Shown here piece after piece: positions 32,970 to 42,839 of a stretch of DNA of 64,000 bases (positions within the stretch are counted from its first letter, which is position 1; every line of letters begins with the position of its first letter). The stretch comes from Nitrosopumilus sp. Its GTDB lineage: Archaea; Thermoproteota; Nitrososphaeria; Nitrososphaerales; Nitrosopumilaceae. Location: positions 96,001-160,000 of the forward strand of contig OZ250186.1 in assembly GCA_965238275.1 (NCBI GenBank), given 5' to 3'. The notes under the pieces are model-generated. The model saw nothing but the letters and a program-made list of their open reading frames with translations, was not told where the DNA came from and ran no database searches. Made by a program: the position numbers and the translations under genes.

Positions 32970-35394
32970 CAGTAATCCCAGATGTGCCATCTAGCACCTG
33001 ATGCAAACAGATCAATGGGGGCACGCCCAGACGATCCTTATGTACCACCAAAAAGATCGCCTGAGACGCGATATGATGAACAATGGCAAAATATATGAAT
33101 CTGTTGAGAAGGTGCTGAGAGTGTAGTATACCGAAATAATGTCGCCTACTCATCAGTGTCTACCTCCATCCATTGGGGGTTGTCTTTTCTGATCTCATCT
33201 GTGGCCTTTCTTGCGGAAAACGCTCTGAGCGGTGTCTCACGGTTTGCCATGTCAAGTGAAAAGTGCAGCCTTCGCTCATTATAGTATTGGACATAGTCGG
33301 ACAGCGACTCGTAATGGTAAATCTCTTCCTCTATGCTGCGGTGGAACCGCTCCAGCTTTCCGTTGGTCTGTGGATGGTACGGCCGGGTGTTTATCAGTTC
33401 AATTCCGCGGTCCAGCAGCTCGGCCTCAAAGGCGGTGGGCTGCCATGATCCTGCAGCTGCCTTCCTTCTCCGGCCATCTTTTCCTTTCTTGTGCCTGCCT
33501 GCCGCGCCTACAAAGCATGAGCCGTTGTCAGACAGTATGGTGGCAGGTGTTCCAAACGTCTCGATCGCCTTTCGCAGCACGGCCACCGCGTTCTCAGAGG
33601 TGGCCTCGGTGAACATCTGTGCTGCTGCTATGCATCTGGATGAGTCATCCAGGTACGTTATCAGGTTGAGGCCCCTGAAGCGCGGATCCTTCATGACGTG
33701 CCAGTCCACATGCCACATTGCGTTCGAGTATTTCCTCTCAAAACGGACCCACTTTCTCTTCTTTGACTTTGCAGCCGAGGGCGTTACCAAACCATGCTCT
33801 TTCATGATCCTGTATGCCCGTCTGTAGCTTATATCGCAGTCTGTTTTGAGATTTCCTACCGTGCGCAGCACGCCTACCGGTTCCCGTGCGTGCATGTCCA
33901 GAACCCGCCGTATCTCGTCTTCGGTGGCCCGTATGGGCTTTCTTCCCGCTGGCATTGGAACGTGGTGGGATTCTGTCCTGCAGAACCGGGCGTACAGTCG
34001 CTGAACGTGCCTTTGTGAGACTCCTATCTCTTTGGCAATCTGGGACGTCTTTTGGCCTTTCCTGCACTGTGTGACTGCGTATCTGATTGTCTTTGCAGTC
34101 AGGCGTTTTATCAACGGTTTTCTTGACCGATAAAGGACAAAGTATTCCTTTGCAGTACGTCTAAAATTAGGACGACCTAATTTCGGTACAATAGAAGAAG
34201 GTGCTGAGAGAAAGCATCGTGCCGTCCGCCGAGGTCTCCAAAAGGTACAACGCGACATATGGCGCAAGCGACTTTAACGTCGGCATGCTGCATGCCGCGA
34301 TGCTTGACACTTCGGTCGGCGGATGCAGCTTCGCCATGAGAGAAATCACGGCGCAGTCCATCGAGAATCCAAGATATTCACGTCATTCTCCAAGCGACGA
34401 GTGGTTTCGCGATATCCTGTCCAAGACGGACGAGGGTAAGGCGCTTGAGACTTTTAACCAGGCGGTAAGGGCACAGCTGGATGAGCTTTACCTGTTTGGC
34501 AGGCTGCCTGATGTGCTTGATGTGGCCATCGACATGCACCTGATACCGTGCCACAGCAAGAAACTTGGCTCTGACCTGAGAGGCGGAGAGCGCAAGAGCG
34601 GCACCAACAGATTCGAGGCGTACATCACGGCGCAGTGCGTCAACTCCAAATCGCGGCTTATCCTTGCGGCCCTATACGTGGACAAGTCCTCATCCGTGCA
34701 CGAATCCCTGCGTGAAATCCTCAATTCGTGCCTAGAAAACGTCTCCGCCGTCGGATCCAGGCTGGGACTGATCCTGGTTGACAGGGGCTTCTTTTCAGTG
34801 AACTCAATATCCGAGATTGAGCGTCTTAGCCTTGAGTACCTGATGCCGTGCACCAGAACCAGTAGGGTGAAAGACTCGCTGCGCAAGTTCGTGGCCAAAA
34901 CGCTCGGCCCCATCTCAAAATCCGACATGACGAATTCTGACAAGGCAACGGTTCAGTACCACATGATCATAGCAGAGAAGAAGAGAGTAAGGAAGGAAAG
35001 TGAGGGGGCGAAGAACGGGGACAAGAAGGCAGGTGCGCCGGAAGATCGATACATTGCGTTTGCCACCAATGCCCCGTGGATGGATGTAGAGGAATATTCC
35101 AAAAGGTGGACCATCGAGACATGCTACAGACTGGTAGAGAATGCCAGGGCGAAATCGTTCGGCAGCAGTAGGCCTGCCCGGCTTTTCTGCTTTCTGTACT
35201 CGCTGATGCTATTCAATGCGTGGGTGCTGGTAAACGCGCAGCTGGCCAGCTTTCTGAAGCTGCGTGACGGAGTCCTTCCGGTGACGCAGCTGTATATGAA
35301 AATTGTCACGCTAATAGCAATCTATCGGAATATTACGATTCAGCCCGAGCCACCGCCAGATCCCGTGGCTCCGTGAGCACATCTGGGATTACTG
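32970..35394 (+). mobile_element. ISH3-family (IS4-like) element; transposase 33001/33040-33121 + 34211-35376, interrupted by IS481
   Basis: 18-bp TIR CAGTAATCCCAGATGTGC and 5-bp TSD TGTAC. Motifs AIDMH, VDRGFF, YSKRWTIETCYR. Confidence 0.92.
33122..34195 (-). mobile_element. IS481-family element; transposase about 34114-33146
   Basis: Imperfect TIRs TGTAGTATACCGAAAT / TCTATTGTACCGAAAT and 15-bp TSD AGAAGGTGCTGAGAG. Integrase core WHVDW, SDNG, PQTNGKLERF. Confidence 0.92.
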
Positions 35395-35525
35395 TGTACC
35401 TGTTCGAGTACAAGTACGGGATCAAGACGCGTAATGATTAGTAACCGAGAATTTTTGGTTATCTCAAACCACAAGCAACCGAGGCCGCCAGACTGGGATG
35501 AAGATCCCGTGCTGTGTCCCCGCAG

Positions 35526-35750
35526 CTAAGTGCTAGAAGGCTTGCACCATTTACAGTCTCTGTAATTCATACGGTATTCTCTAGCTAGTCTTTGAGCTGT
35601 ACTTGTAGCCGCTTGCAGGTTTGGTGCGGTATGCCAATCAGAATTTTCAGCTAAAGGATCCCTGCCCGCATATGCAGTACAATCAATATGGTGAATCTTA
35701 ATGTCTGATGCTTTTGGAATGTTGTGATAAATTGCAAATCTATCTGGCAT
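35526..35750 (-). CDS. small hypothetical protein, possible metal binding
   Basis: IHHIDC ... CKWCKP; AT-rich upstream promoter-like region. Confidence 0.65.
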   Translation of the reverse strand: MPDRFAIYHNIPKASDIKIHHIDCTAYAGRDPLAENSDWHTAPNLQAATSTAQRLAREYRMNYRDCKWCKPSST

Positions 35751-35997
35751 GAAATATGAACACCAAACTTGTTAAAAAATTAAACTATTCAATGATATGA
35801 ACACGTTGGTGGTTAACCCGGTTCGTATCCATGCAAGTTTAACTGATTTATGGGCGTGCCGGACGGCCCAGCAAATATCCTATCATTGCATCGCCGTTTT
35901 TGCCGTTTTCTGACTTGGATGCCAATACTTGCATCTGCCATCATTACGGAAACGGCAGAATTCAAAGTATAAAAACCACCTTTGCCGTTTGTATTTC

Positions 35998-36336
35998 ATG
36001 TTTGTTGGCACCGCATGGAACAACGGTTCTCCAAGAATGAGTGGCGTAGGTTATGGGATCAAACTGAAGCCAGAAGATCGTGACAGATATTTTGACAGAA
36101 GGTTGAGATGTGTGGCTTTGAGGCTTGAAGGTCAGACAAGGGATATACTTGTCAATACGGACAAGCCGTCCTTTTGGAACGGTACGTGCAGGGAACTGAT
36201 CAGCAAGGAGATAGGACTTTGGTTCATAAGTAACTACTTGGCCTCGTGGGTAAAGGGCCACCCACCGAAACTACAGTTAGAACCGGCAGGCGATCAGAGA
36301 TTCAACGTTACCATCTTGCCAGAACCAGTGTCATGA
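35998..36336 (+). CDS. hypothetical protein
   Basis: TATAAAAA 30 nt upstream; ATGA overlap with the next gene. Confidence 0.7.
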   Translation: MFVGTAWNNGSPRMSGVGYGIKLKPEDRDRYFDRRLRCVALRLEGQTRDILVNTDKPSFWNGTCRELISKEIGLWFISNYLASWVKGHPPKLQLEPAGDQRFNVTILPEPVS

Positions 36337-36614
36337 CAAAGATCCTGTTGGATGTCATGTACGAGGACTTGGAGGCATTGTTGGGAGACTTGGGACGGAA
36401 CGTGGAAACCGTGACAAAGCATCTGGGTGTTACACAGCAGGACAGGGATGACGGAGCGATATTGCGGTATGCAAGGGAGAATGGCATGGTTGTCGTCACG
36501 GCAGATAAAAAATTCATAGAGCGTCTCAAGGTCAGCGGAGTCAGCGTGGTCACAGTAGATGCCGGGGATAAAGCAAGAATTGTCCATGAAAAAATAGGTA
36601 ATGGTTCTACCTGA
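36333..36614 (+). CDS. PIN-like protein (DUF5615 / Mut7-C type)
   Basis: KILLDVM ... DDGAILRYA ... VVVTADKKF. Confidence 0.8.
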   Translation: MTKILLDVMYEDLEALLGDLGRNVETVTKHLGVTQQDRDDGAILRYARENGMVVVTADKKFIERLKVSGVSVVTVDAGDKARIVHEKIGNGST

Positions 36615-36809
36615 GTATGAAGCTTGTCTGATTACACGAAAGACTGATGTGTCCTGTTACAGATATGTTAATTTCGTCTTCCCGCTTTGTGCGACGGTTC
36701 TAATTCCTCGCGCATGGACGGCCAGGGAACTTGGCGCCGTTGAGGGGCCAGCATGGCTTACCAGAGTTACCGCCTCTTGGATGCGTGTCAATCAATACGT
36801 CTGAATTCC

Positions 36810-37250
36810 CGTAACAACTTGGAAAGACAGGCATGCAGACCGACCAGTCACTGATTCTCCAGCACGCACACCAGCGCCACGGCAAATTCGTCCATCGTGA
36901 CCTCTCCCTTGGCCGCCGGCGCATCCGGACGCGTCACCGCCAGACATGGGATGCACGGATAACATCCGTCAGACTCCTTGCCAGCAGGTCGTTTACGGCA
37001 TCAGAGAAGCTGTACGCCTTGTTGCCCTCCAGTATCTTCCTGGCCTGGTATTCCCTTATCCTGCGGTCCAGCCCGTCATCAACCAGGATTGTGGCACGTT
37101 TGGCCAATTCCTAGGCGCCCCCCGGCAGCACGTATTCCAGCATCGCGATAAACTTGTCCATGGTGACCTCTCCCTTGGCCGCCAGCGGCCCCAGCTCCGT
37201 CATCATCCAGCCCGGCATGTCGGCTCCGACGGGTTCAGTTTCCGCCAATC
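36810..37250 (-). pseudogene. transposase remnants (IS66-like) with an internal repeated fragment
   Basis: Two copies of GTCCAT(C/G)GTGACCTCTCCCTTGGCCGCC; homologous to 25505-25715. Confidence 0.5.
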
Positions 37251-40200
37251 TAGATGACGGCCTCGAAGGCATCCAATACCTGCATGGTCAGTATCGACCG
37301 GTTGGCATCCGACGTCCGGGCCACGATGTGGGTCAGATCCATGGCATCTGCAAACGTGATCCCAAACGTGATCACCTGCACGTTCCCGTCGGCGTCGATC
37401 GTGACTGCGGAGGATTCGACAAGATCGTGCGGATCGGTCACCGTGACGCTGCCCCGGTCGTACCTGACGTACGTGTCGCTGTCATAATATTGGTCGTCTG
37501 CACCGTGCAGGTTCAGGTACATAGTAAAGACTTCTATCGGCATGTCGCCATACACAGCAAAGCTGATGCTAGTCTCGTCCCCGACGCGCACTGTCTGCGG
37601 CTCGAGCGTGTTTCCGGTGCCAGTCAGCAGGTACCCGTAACCGTTTATCGATATGGGAAAGTCAAGCGCGCCGTCCATGATTATCGACGGGATGGGGGCG
37701 TTCGGGTCGTCAGCATAGTCGACGGGCTCGGGCGGGTGGATGCCCCACGCCCGCAGTATCCGGAGTTCGGACTCGTCAAAGTCGTCGGGATCCTGAAGTG
37801 TCATCTCGTCGGCCGGCGCGTCTAAAACGGCGGTCGCGGTGGTGGCAGATCCGGGATCCTCCAGGGATTCAGGCGCAGCGTGTCCGGGATACTCCCATGA
37901 CTCGATCGCCACAAAGTATTCCAAGGCGTTGACGAGCGTCTGCCTGTCCAGCGTGCCGTCTATGAACCACTTTGCGATATTCCTGAAGTAGTCGGGTACC
38001 GTCGTCCCCTGGAATCCGAACGCGCCCAGAAATTCCGCGTCATCGGCATATTCGGGGGAATAGCCGCCCCATGCCTTGAGTGTCTGGATTTCGGATGCGC
38101 CAAAGCCTCCCGCGGCGGGCTTCGGATCCGCCGTGATTTCTGCCGGTTCCGGTTCGGCGTCCGGTTCCGGCTCGACTGCCGGTTCTGTCAACGCCGTCGC
38201 CTCTGCCGGCATCGGCTCCGGCTCGACTGCCGCCTCCACCACCTCAAAGGCGTCGAGGACCTGCACCGTCAACAATGACAGGTCGGCGTTCCACAGCCGG
38301 GCCACCATGTTGGTCAGATCCATCTCGCCTGCAAACGTGATCTCAAACGTGATTACCTGCTTGTCCCCTCCGTCGGCCCGGATCGTGACTGTGGCAGACT
38401 CGATGAGACCGTGCGGGTCGACTATTTGGATGGTGCCGGCATCGTACCTGACGTAGGTGTCGCTGTCAGAATATTGGTCGTTTTCGCCGTGCAGGTTCAT
38501 GTACAGCGTAAAGTGCACTATCTGGACGCGGTCGTACACGGTAAATGAGATGGTGACGTTGTGTCCCGGGTGGATCGTCTGCGGCTCGAGCGTGTTCTTA
38601 ATGCCGCCAAGCAGGTACCCGTAGCCGTTTATCTCCAGGGGAAAGTCAAGGGAATCGTCTGCGGGCATGGGCGGGATGGGGGCGTCGGGATCGTGCGAAG
38701 TGGCGGTGTCTCGTATCTCCTGGGGGATCGACTGGAGGTACGATGCTATCGCGGAGTGGATGTCCAGTACCGGGACCGACGATTGCCGGGACTTGCTGGA
38801 TGAGGGATGGCTGACGGTTATGTTGTCGACTGTCCCAAGGGAATTGCCCGCAAGGTCCCGTATTCCAGAACCGGTGTATTCCAGGGTGAGCGCGGGCTTG
38901 CCGTCCGGGATGTCGCCGGAGAGGCCGAGCGTTATGGAGCTGCTGCCGGAGGGATCGGGGGCGTCGTCTACCGTTATGCTGTTGCCGCCATCGCCATCGC
39001 CGACGATGGATACTGACCAGTCAGCAGCGCCGGTGCTGCCGGTGACCCTCTCGGAGAACGACACCACGATTCCATCATTCCCGGACACCCGGGCAGACGA
39101 CACCGCCGGGTCAGTCAGGTCGACAGTCACGCTCGCGCTTGCGGCCCTAAACGTGTCGCCTTCCAGGGTGGTGACCGTGCGGGTCGGGATTGACACGGTC
39201 TGCCTGCCTTCTGAAAGGTTGTTCACGGTAACATCATACGAGGCAGCATTAGAGGACGGGGTTATGGCACCCACCGTTCCGCTGGTGGCGGTTACGGCAG
39301 AGACGAGCGTGCCGCGGTCAATGTCCCTGCCAAAGGAAAAGCCAAAGGATACAGTCTGGGAGTTTGTGACGGGAACGTCTGCGGTGATGTTGGCCGTAAG
39401 CGTTTGCGTGGGTATGCGGACCGTCACGGAGTCGGTGCCGGTGTTTTCCTCAGCACTGTTGTCAGTTACCGTGAGCCGGAAGGTCAGCGGGGTGGCAGAC
39501 GCCATTTCTGGCGTGAAGGTCGCGACTGCGCTGTTGACGTTGCTCAGGAATACCGTGCCTCCGCGGATCTGCTCCCACAAGTATGTCAGGGTGTCGCCGG
39601 GGTTTGGATCAAAGGAGGCAGAGCCGTCAAGGGTAACCGTTACGTCGGAGAGCGGGCGGTCCCTGACTGTCTGGTCGGGTCCGGCGCGCGCGACGGGACT
39701 GTTCCCGGTGGGCGGGGGAACGTCGTCTACCGTGATCGTGACGGTATCCGTGTCGGTGCCGCCGTTGCTGTCGTCTACGGTGAGGGTGAGCGTCACAGAG
39801 CCGCCTGACGTTTCCACGTCGGGTGCGGTAAACGTCGGGGACGCGGTGTTGGCGTTGTTCAGCGTAACTGACAGGCCGCCGGTTCGCGCCCACGAGTATG
39901 ACAGGGTGTCGCCGTCCGGATCAGAGGAGTCGGTGCCGTCAAGGGTGACCTGTTCCCCCTCGTTCACGGCCTGGTCGGGCCCGGCGTCCGCATTGGGGGC
40001 CTGGTTGGCGACCACGTTGTTTACCGTGATCGTGACGGTATCCGTGTCGGTGCCGCCGTTGCTGTCGTCTACGGTGAGGGTGAGCGTCACAGAGCCGCCT
40101 GACGTTTCCACGTCGGGTGCGGTAAACGTCGGGGACGCGGTGGTCGGACCGTTCAGGATGACTGGCAGGCCGCCGGTTCGCGCCCACGAGTATGACAGGG

Positions 40201-42727
40201 TGTCGTTGTCCGGATCAGAGGAACCGGTGCCGTCAAGGGTGACCTGTTCCCCCTCGCTCACGACCTGGTCGGGCCCGGCGTCGGCGTCGGGGGCCTGGTT
40301 GGCCTGGCCCGTCACGGTAATATCAAAGGCGGAGCTCAGCGCGTACTCGTTGACGTCGTTCCCGTCGGTTCCCGCCACGAACATCTTGTCGCCGTCAGAA
40401 GAAAACGCGAGGCCGACGGGGGAGGTATCCTGGTCACTGACTGAAAACGAGTCCGTAAAGTTGGCAGTGGTGATGCTAAAGGGAGTAGACAGCGCGTACT
40501 CGTTGACGTCGCTCCCGGTGGCTCCCACCACGAACATCTTGTCGCCGTCAGAAGAAAACGCGAGGCCGACGGGGGAGGTATCCTGGTCACTGACTGAAAA
40601 CGAGTCCGTAAAGTTGGCAGTGGTGATGCTAAAGGGAGTAGACAGCGCGTACTCGTTGACGTCGCTCCCGGTGGCTCCCACCACGAACATCTTGTCGCCG
40701 TCAGAAGAAAACGCGAGGCCGACGGGGGAGGTATCCTGGTCACTGACTGAAAACGAGTCCGTAAAGTTGGCAGTGGTGATGCTAAAGGGAGTAGACAGCG
40801 CGTACTCGTTGACGTCGCGCCCGAAGAGTCCCGCCACGAGCATCTTGTCGCCGTCAGAAGAAAACGCGAGGCCGGCGGGGAAGGTATCCTGGCCACTGAC
40901 TGAAAACGAGTCCGTAAAGTTGGCAGTGGTGATGCTAAAGGGAGTAGACAGCGCGTACTCGTTGACGTCGCTCCCGGTGGCTCCCACCACGAACATCTTG
41001 TCGCCGTCAGAAGAAAACGCGAGGCCTCGGGGGAGGTCATCTTGGGCACTGACTGAAAACGAGTCCGTGAATACTGCCGTAGAGACGTCAAAGGTGGCCG
41101 CAAACGCGGTGCCGGACGTGTCCTGGACTGCACCCGGATCGATCGTGAGTTCGGGAGTGGTCAGCGCGTTCACGGCGGCGAGTTTGGCAGTAGTCAGCGT
41201 AAAGGAAACGGTGGCCGAGCCCGAAGTGGTGCCAAGCTCCGCTGCAGACAGCGTGACGCCGCCGGTGGACGTGTTTTTCTCCCTTATGTGGAACTTTGTC
41301 GGGTCTATGTCCGTAGACGGCGTGGCGTCTATGATTTCGCTGAACGTTACCGCCAGCACGCCGGTGCCGCGGTCAAGCGTGGCAGAGACAAACGTGGGCG
41401 GCTGGTTGGCCTGGCCCGTCACGGTAATATCAAAGGCGGAGCTCAGCGCGTACTCGTTGACGTCGCGCCCGGTGGCTCCCACCACGAACATCTTGTCGCC
41501 GTCAGAAGAAAACGCGAGGCCGACGGGGGAGGTATCCTGGTCACTGACTGAAAACGAGTCCGTAAAGTTGGCAGTGGTGATGCTAAAGGGAGTAGACAGC
41601 GCGTACTCGTTGACGTCGCGCCCGGTGGCTCCCACCACGAACATCTTGTCGCCGTCAGAAGAAAACGCGAGGCCGACGGGGGAGGTATCCTGGTCACTGA
41701 CTGAAAACGAGTCCGTAAAGTTGGCAGTGGTGATGCTAAAGGGAGTAGACAGCGCGTACTCGTTGACGTCGCTCCCGGTGGCTCCCACCACGAACATCTT
41801 GTCGCCGTCAGAAGAAAACGCGAGGCCGACGGGGGAGGTATCCTGGTCACTGACTGAAAACGAGTCCGTAAAGTTGGCAGTGGTGATGCTAAAGGGAGTA
41901 GACAGCGCGTACTCGTTGACGTCGCGCCCGAAGAGTCCCGCCACGAGCATCTTGTCGCCGTCAGAAGAAAACGCGAGGCCGGCGGGGAAGGTATCCTGGC
42001 CACTGACTGAAAACGAGTCCGTAAAGTTGGCAGTGGTGATGCTAAAGGGAGTAGACAGCGCGTACTCGTTGACGTCGCTCCCGGTGGCTCCCACCACGAA
42101 CATCTTGTCGCCGTCAGAAGAAAACGCGAGGCCTCGGGGGAGGTCATCTTGGGCACTGACTGAAAACGAGTCCGTGAATACTGCCGTAGAGACGTCAAAG
42201 GTGGCCGCAAACGCGGTGCCGGACGTGTCCTGGACTGCACCCGGATCGATCGTGAGTTCGGGAGTGGTCAGCGCGTTCACGGCGGCGAGTTTGGCAGTAG
42301 TCAGCGTAAAGGAAACGGTGGCCGAGCCCGAAGTGGTGCCAAGCTCCGCTGCAGACAGCGTGACGCCGCCGGTGGACGTGTTTTTCTCCCTTATGTGGAA
42401 CTTTGTCGGGTCTATGTCCGTAGACGGCGTGGCGTCTATGATTTCGCTGAACGTTACCGCCAGCACGCCGGTGCCGCGGTCAAGCGTAGCAGAGGAGAAC
42501 GTGGGCGGCGTCTGGGCGTGCGCTTCCATTGGGTAGTCGATGAAGATTATGTCGGCTGCGAGGAATGCCACGGCCACGCATGCCAACGCGACATGCAGCC
42601 AAGCCCTGCGCCTGGTAGAAGATCCTCGTTCCGGATGGGTTGCTGCATAATTTTTATGCCGAAAACTGATATCATAATGGCTATTATGCACCGTAGTTTC
42701 GACGTTATAATGAATCCGGGCGCCCAA
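37250..42727 (-). CDS. giant secreted/surface protein: signal peptide, two beta-propeller modules, PKD/Ig-like domains, thaumarchaeal surface motif
   Basis: RRRAW plus a hydrophobic stretch and AHA cleavage site. 47-aa GLAFSSDG repeats; NQAP.ADAGPDQ domains; VPDYFRNIAKWFIDG motif. True start is probably at or near 42691, inside the inversion site. Confidence 0.9.
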   Translation of the reverse strand: MGARIHYNVETTVHNSHYDISFRHKNYAATHPERGSSTRRRAWLHVALACVAVAFLAADIIFIDYPMEAHAQTPPTFSSATLDRGTGVLAVTFSEIIDATPSTDIDPTKFHIREKNTSTGGVTLSAAELGTTSGSATVSFTLTTAKLAAVNALTTPELTIDPGAVQDTSGTAFAATFDVSTAVFTDSFSVSAQDDLPRGLAFSSDGDKMFVVGATGSDVNEYALSTPFSITTANFTDSFSVSGQDTFPAGLAFSSDGDKMLVAGLFGRDVNEYALSTPFSITTANFTDSFSVSDQDTSPVGLAFSSDGDKMFVVGATGSDVNEYALSTPFSITTANFTDSFSVSDQDTSPVGLAFSSDGDKMFVVGATGRDVNEYALSTPFSITTANFTDSFSVSDQDTSPVGLAFSSDGDKMFVVGATGRDVNEYALSSAFDITVTGQANQPPTFVSATLDRGTGVLAVTFSEIIDATPSTDIDPTKFHIREKNTSTGGVTLSAAELGTTSGSATVSFTLTTAKLAAVNALTTPELTIDPGAVQDTSGTAFAATFDVSTAVFTDSFSVSAQDDLPRGLAFSSDGDKMFVVGATGSDVNEYALSTPFSITTANFTDSFSVSGQDTFPAGLAFSSDGDKMLVAGLFGRDVNEYALSTPFSITTANFTDSFSVSDQDTSPVGLAFSSDGDKMFVVGATGSDVNEYALSTPFSITTANFTDSFSVSDQDTSPVGLAFSSDGDKMFVVGATGSDVNEYALSTPFSITTANFTDSFSVSDQDTSPVGLAFSSDGDKMFVAGTDGNDVNEYALSSAFDITVTGQANQAPDADAGPDQVVSEGEQVTLDGTGSSDPDNDTLSYSWARTGGLPVILNGPTTASPTFTAPDVETSGGSVTLTLTVDDSNGGTDTDTVTITVNNVVANQAPNADAGPDQAVNEGEQVTLDGTDSSDPDGDTLSYSWARTGGLSVTLNNANTASPTFTAPDVETSGGSVTLTLTVDDSNGGTDTDTVTITVDDVPPPTGNSPVARAGPDQTVRDRPLSDVTVTLDGSASFDPNPGDTLTYLWEQIRGGTVFLSNVNSAVATFTPEMASATPLTFRLTVTDNSAEENTGTDSVTVRIPTQTLTANITADVPVTNSQTVSFGFSFGRDIDRGTLVSAVTATSGTVGAITPSSNAASYDVTVNNLSEGRQTVSIPTRTVTTLEGDTFRAASASVTVDLTDPAVSSARVSGNDGIVVSFSERVTGSTGAADWSVSIVGDGDGGNSITVDDAPDPSGSSSITLGLSGDIPDGKPALTLEYTGSGIRDLAGNSLGTVDNITVSHPSSSKSRQSSVPVLDIHSAIASYLQSIPQEIRDTATSHDPDAPIPPMPADDSLDFPLEINGYGYLLGGIKNTLEPQTIHPGHNVTISFTVYDRVQIVHFTLYMNLHGENDQYSDSDTYVRYDAGTIQIVDPHGLIESATVTIRADGGDKQVITFEITFAGEMDLTNMVARLWNADLSLLTVQVLDAFEVVEAAVEPEPMPAEATALTEPAVEPEPDAEPEPAEITADPKPAAGGFGASEIQTLKAWGGYSPEYADDAEFLGAFGFQGTTVPDYFRNIAKWFIDGTLDRQTLVNALEYFVAIESWEYPGHAAPESLEDPGSATTATAVLDAPADEMTLQDPDDFDESELRILRAWGIHPPEPVDYADDPNAPIPSIIMDGALDFPISINGYGYLLTGTGNTLEPQTVRVGDETSISFAVYGDMPIEVFTMYLNLHGADDQYYDSDTYVRYDRGSVTVTDPHDLVESSAVTIDADGNVQVITFGITFADAMDLTHIVARTSDANRSILTMQVLDAFEAVI
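39729..40300 (-). repeat. two near-identical PKD-like domain units, 294-bp period
   Basis: GGTTCGCGCCCACGAGTATGACAGGG at 39881 and 40175. Confidence 0.9.
40295..42500 (-). repeat. 1107-bp tandem duplication, each unit with five 141-bp blade repeats
   Basis: Identical shadow ORFs offset by 1107 bp; blade repeats are nearly identical at DNA level. Confidence 0.95.
42661..42700. other. putative recombination site, left
   Basis: GAAAACTGATAT-CATAA-TGGCTA-TTATG-CACCGTAGTTTC: dyad arms around an asymmetric 6-bp spacer. 31/40 identical to the reverse complement of 42828-42867. Confidence 0.75.
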
Positions 42728-42800
42728 AATGCCAAAGAACCGGTCATTTTTGCCATATTTGGGGCCTCAAGGCACCATTTTAGGATGTTTTTTATCACAT

Positions 42801-42839
42801 TATTAATATATATGAGTAACATTAAATGAAATCACGTTG
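42801..42839 (+). promoter_or_regulatory. TATA box and TTG start inside the putative invertible segment
   Basis: TATTAATATATATG at 42801-42814, about 30 nt upstream of TTG 42837, which is archaeal leaderless spacing. Confidence 0.6.

Larger units (their letters stand above)
32787..35441 (+). pseudogene. paralog of 20808-21032 interrupted by ISH3
   Basis: 32787-32969 plus 35400-35441 gives 225 nt, the same length and frame as the intact paralog. Confidence 0.88.

Noticed and set aside
9300-37000. Integron cassette array
   Set aside because: Genes are in mixed orientation, no attC-like sites were found, and the recombinase lacks recognisable IntI features.
40295-42200. 141-bp repeats as a CRISPR array or DGR template/variable repeats
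   Set aside because: Coding repeats without unique spacers. No reverse transcriptase in the window and no adenine-specific pattern evident.
38667-42536. 1289-aa plus-strand ORF
   Set aside because: Antisense shadow of the repetitive surface-protein gene; no independent protein features.
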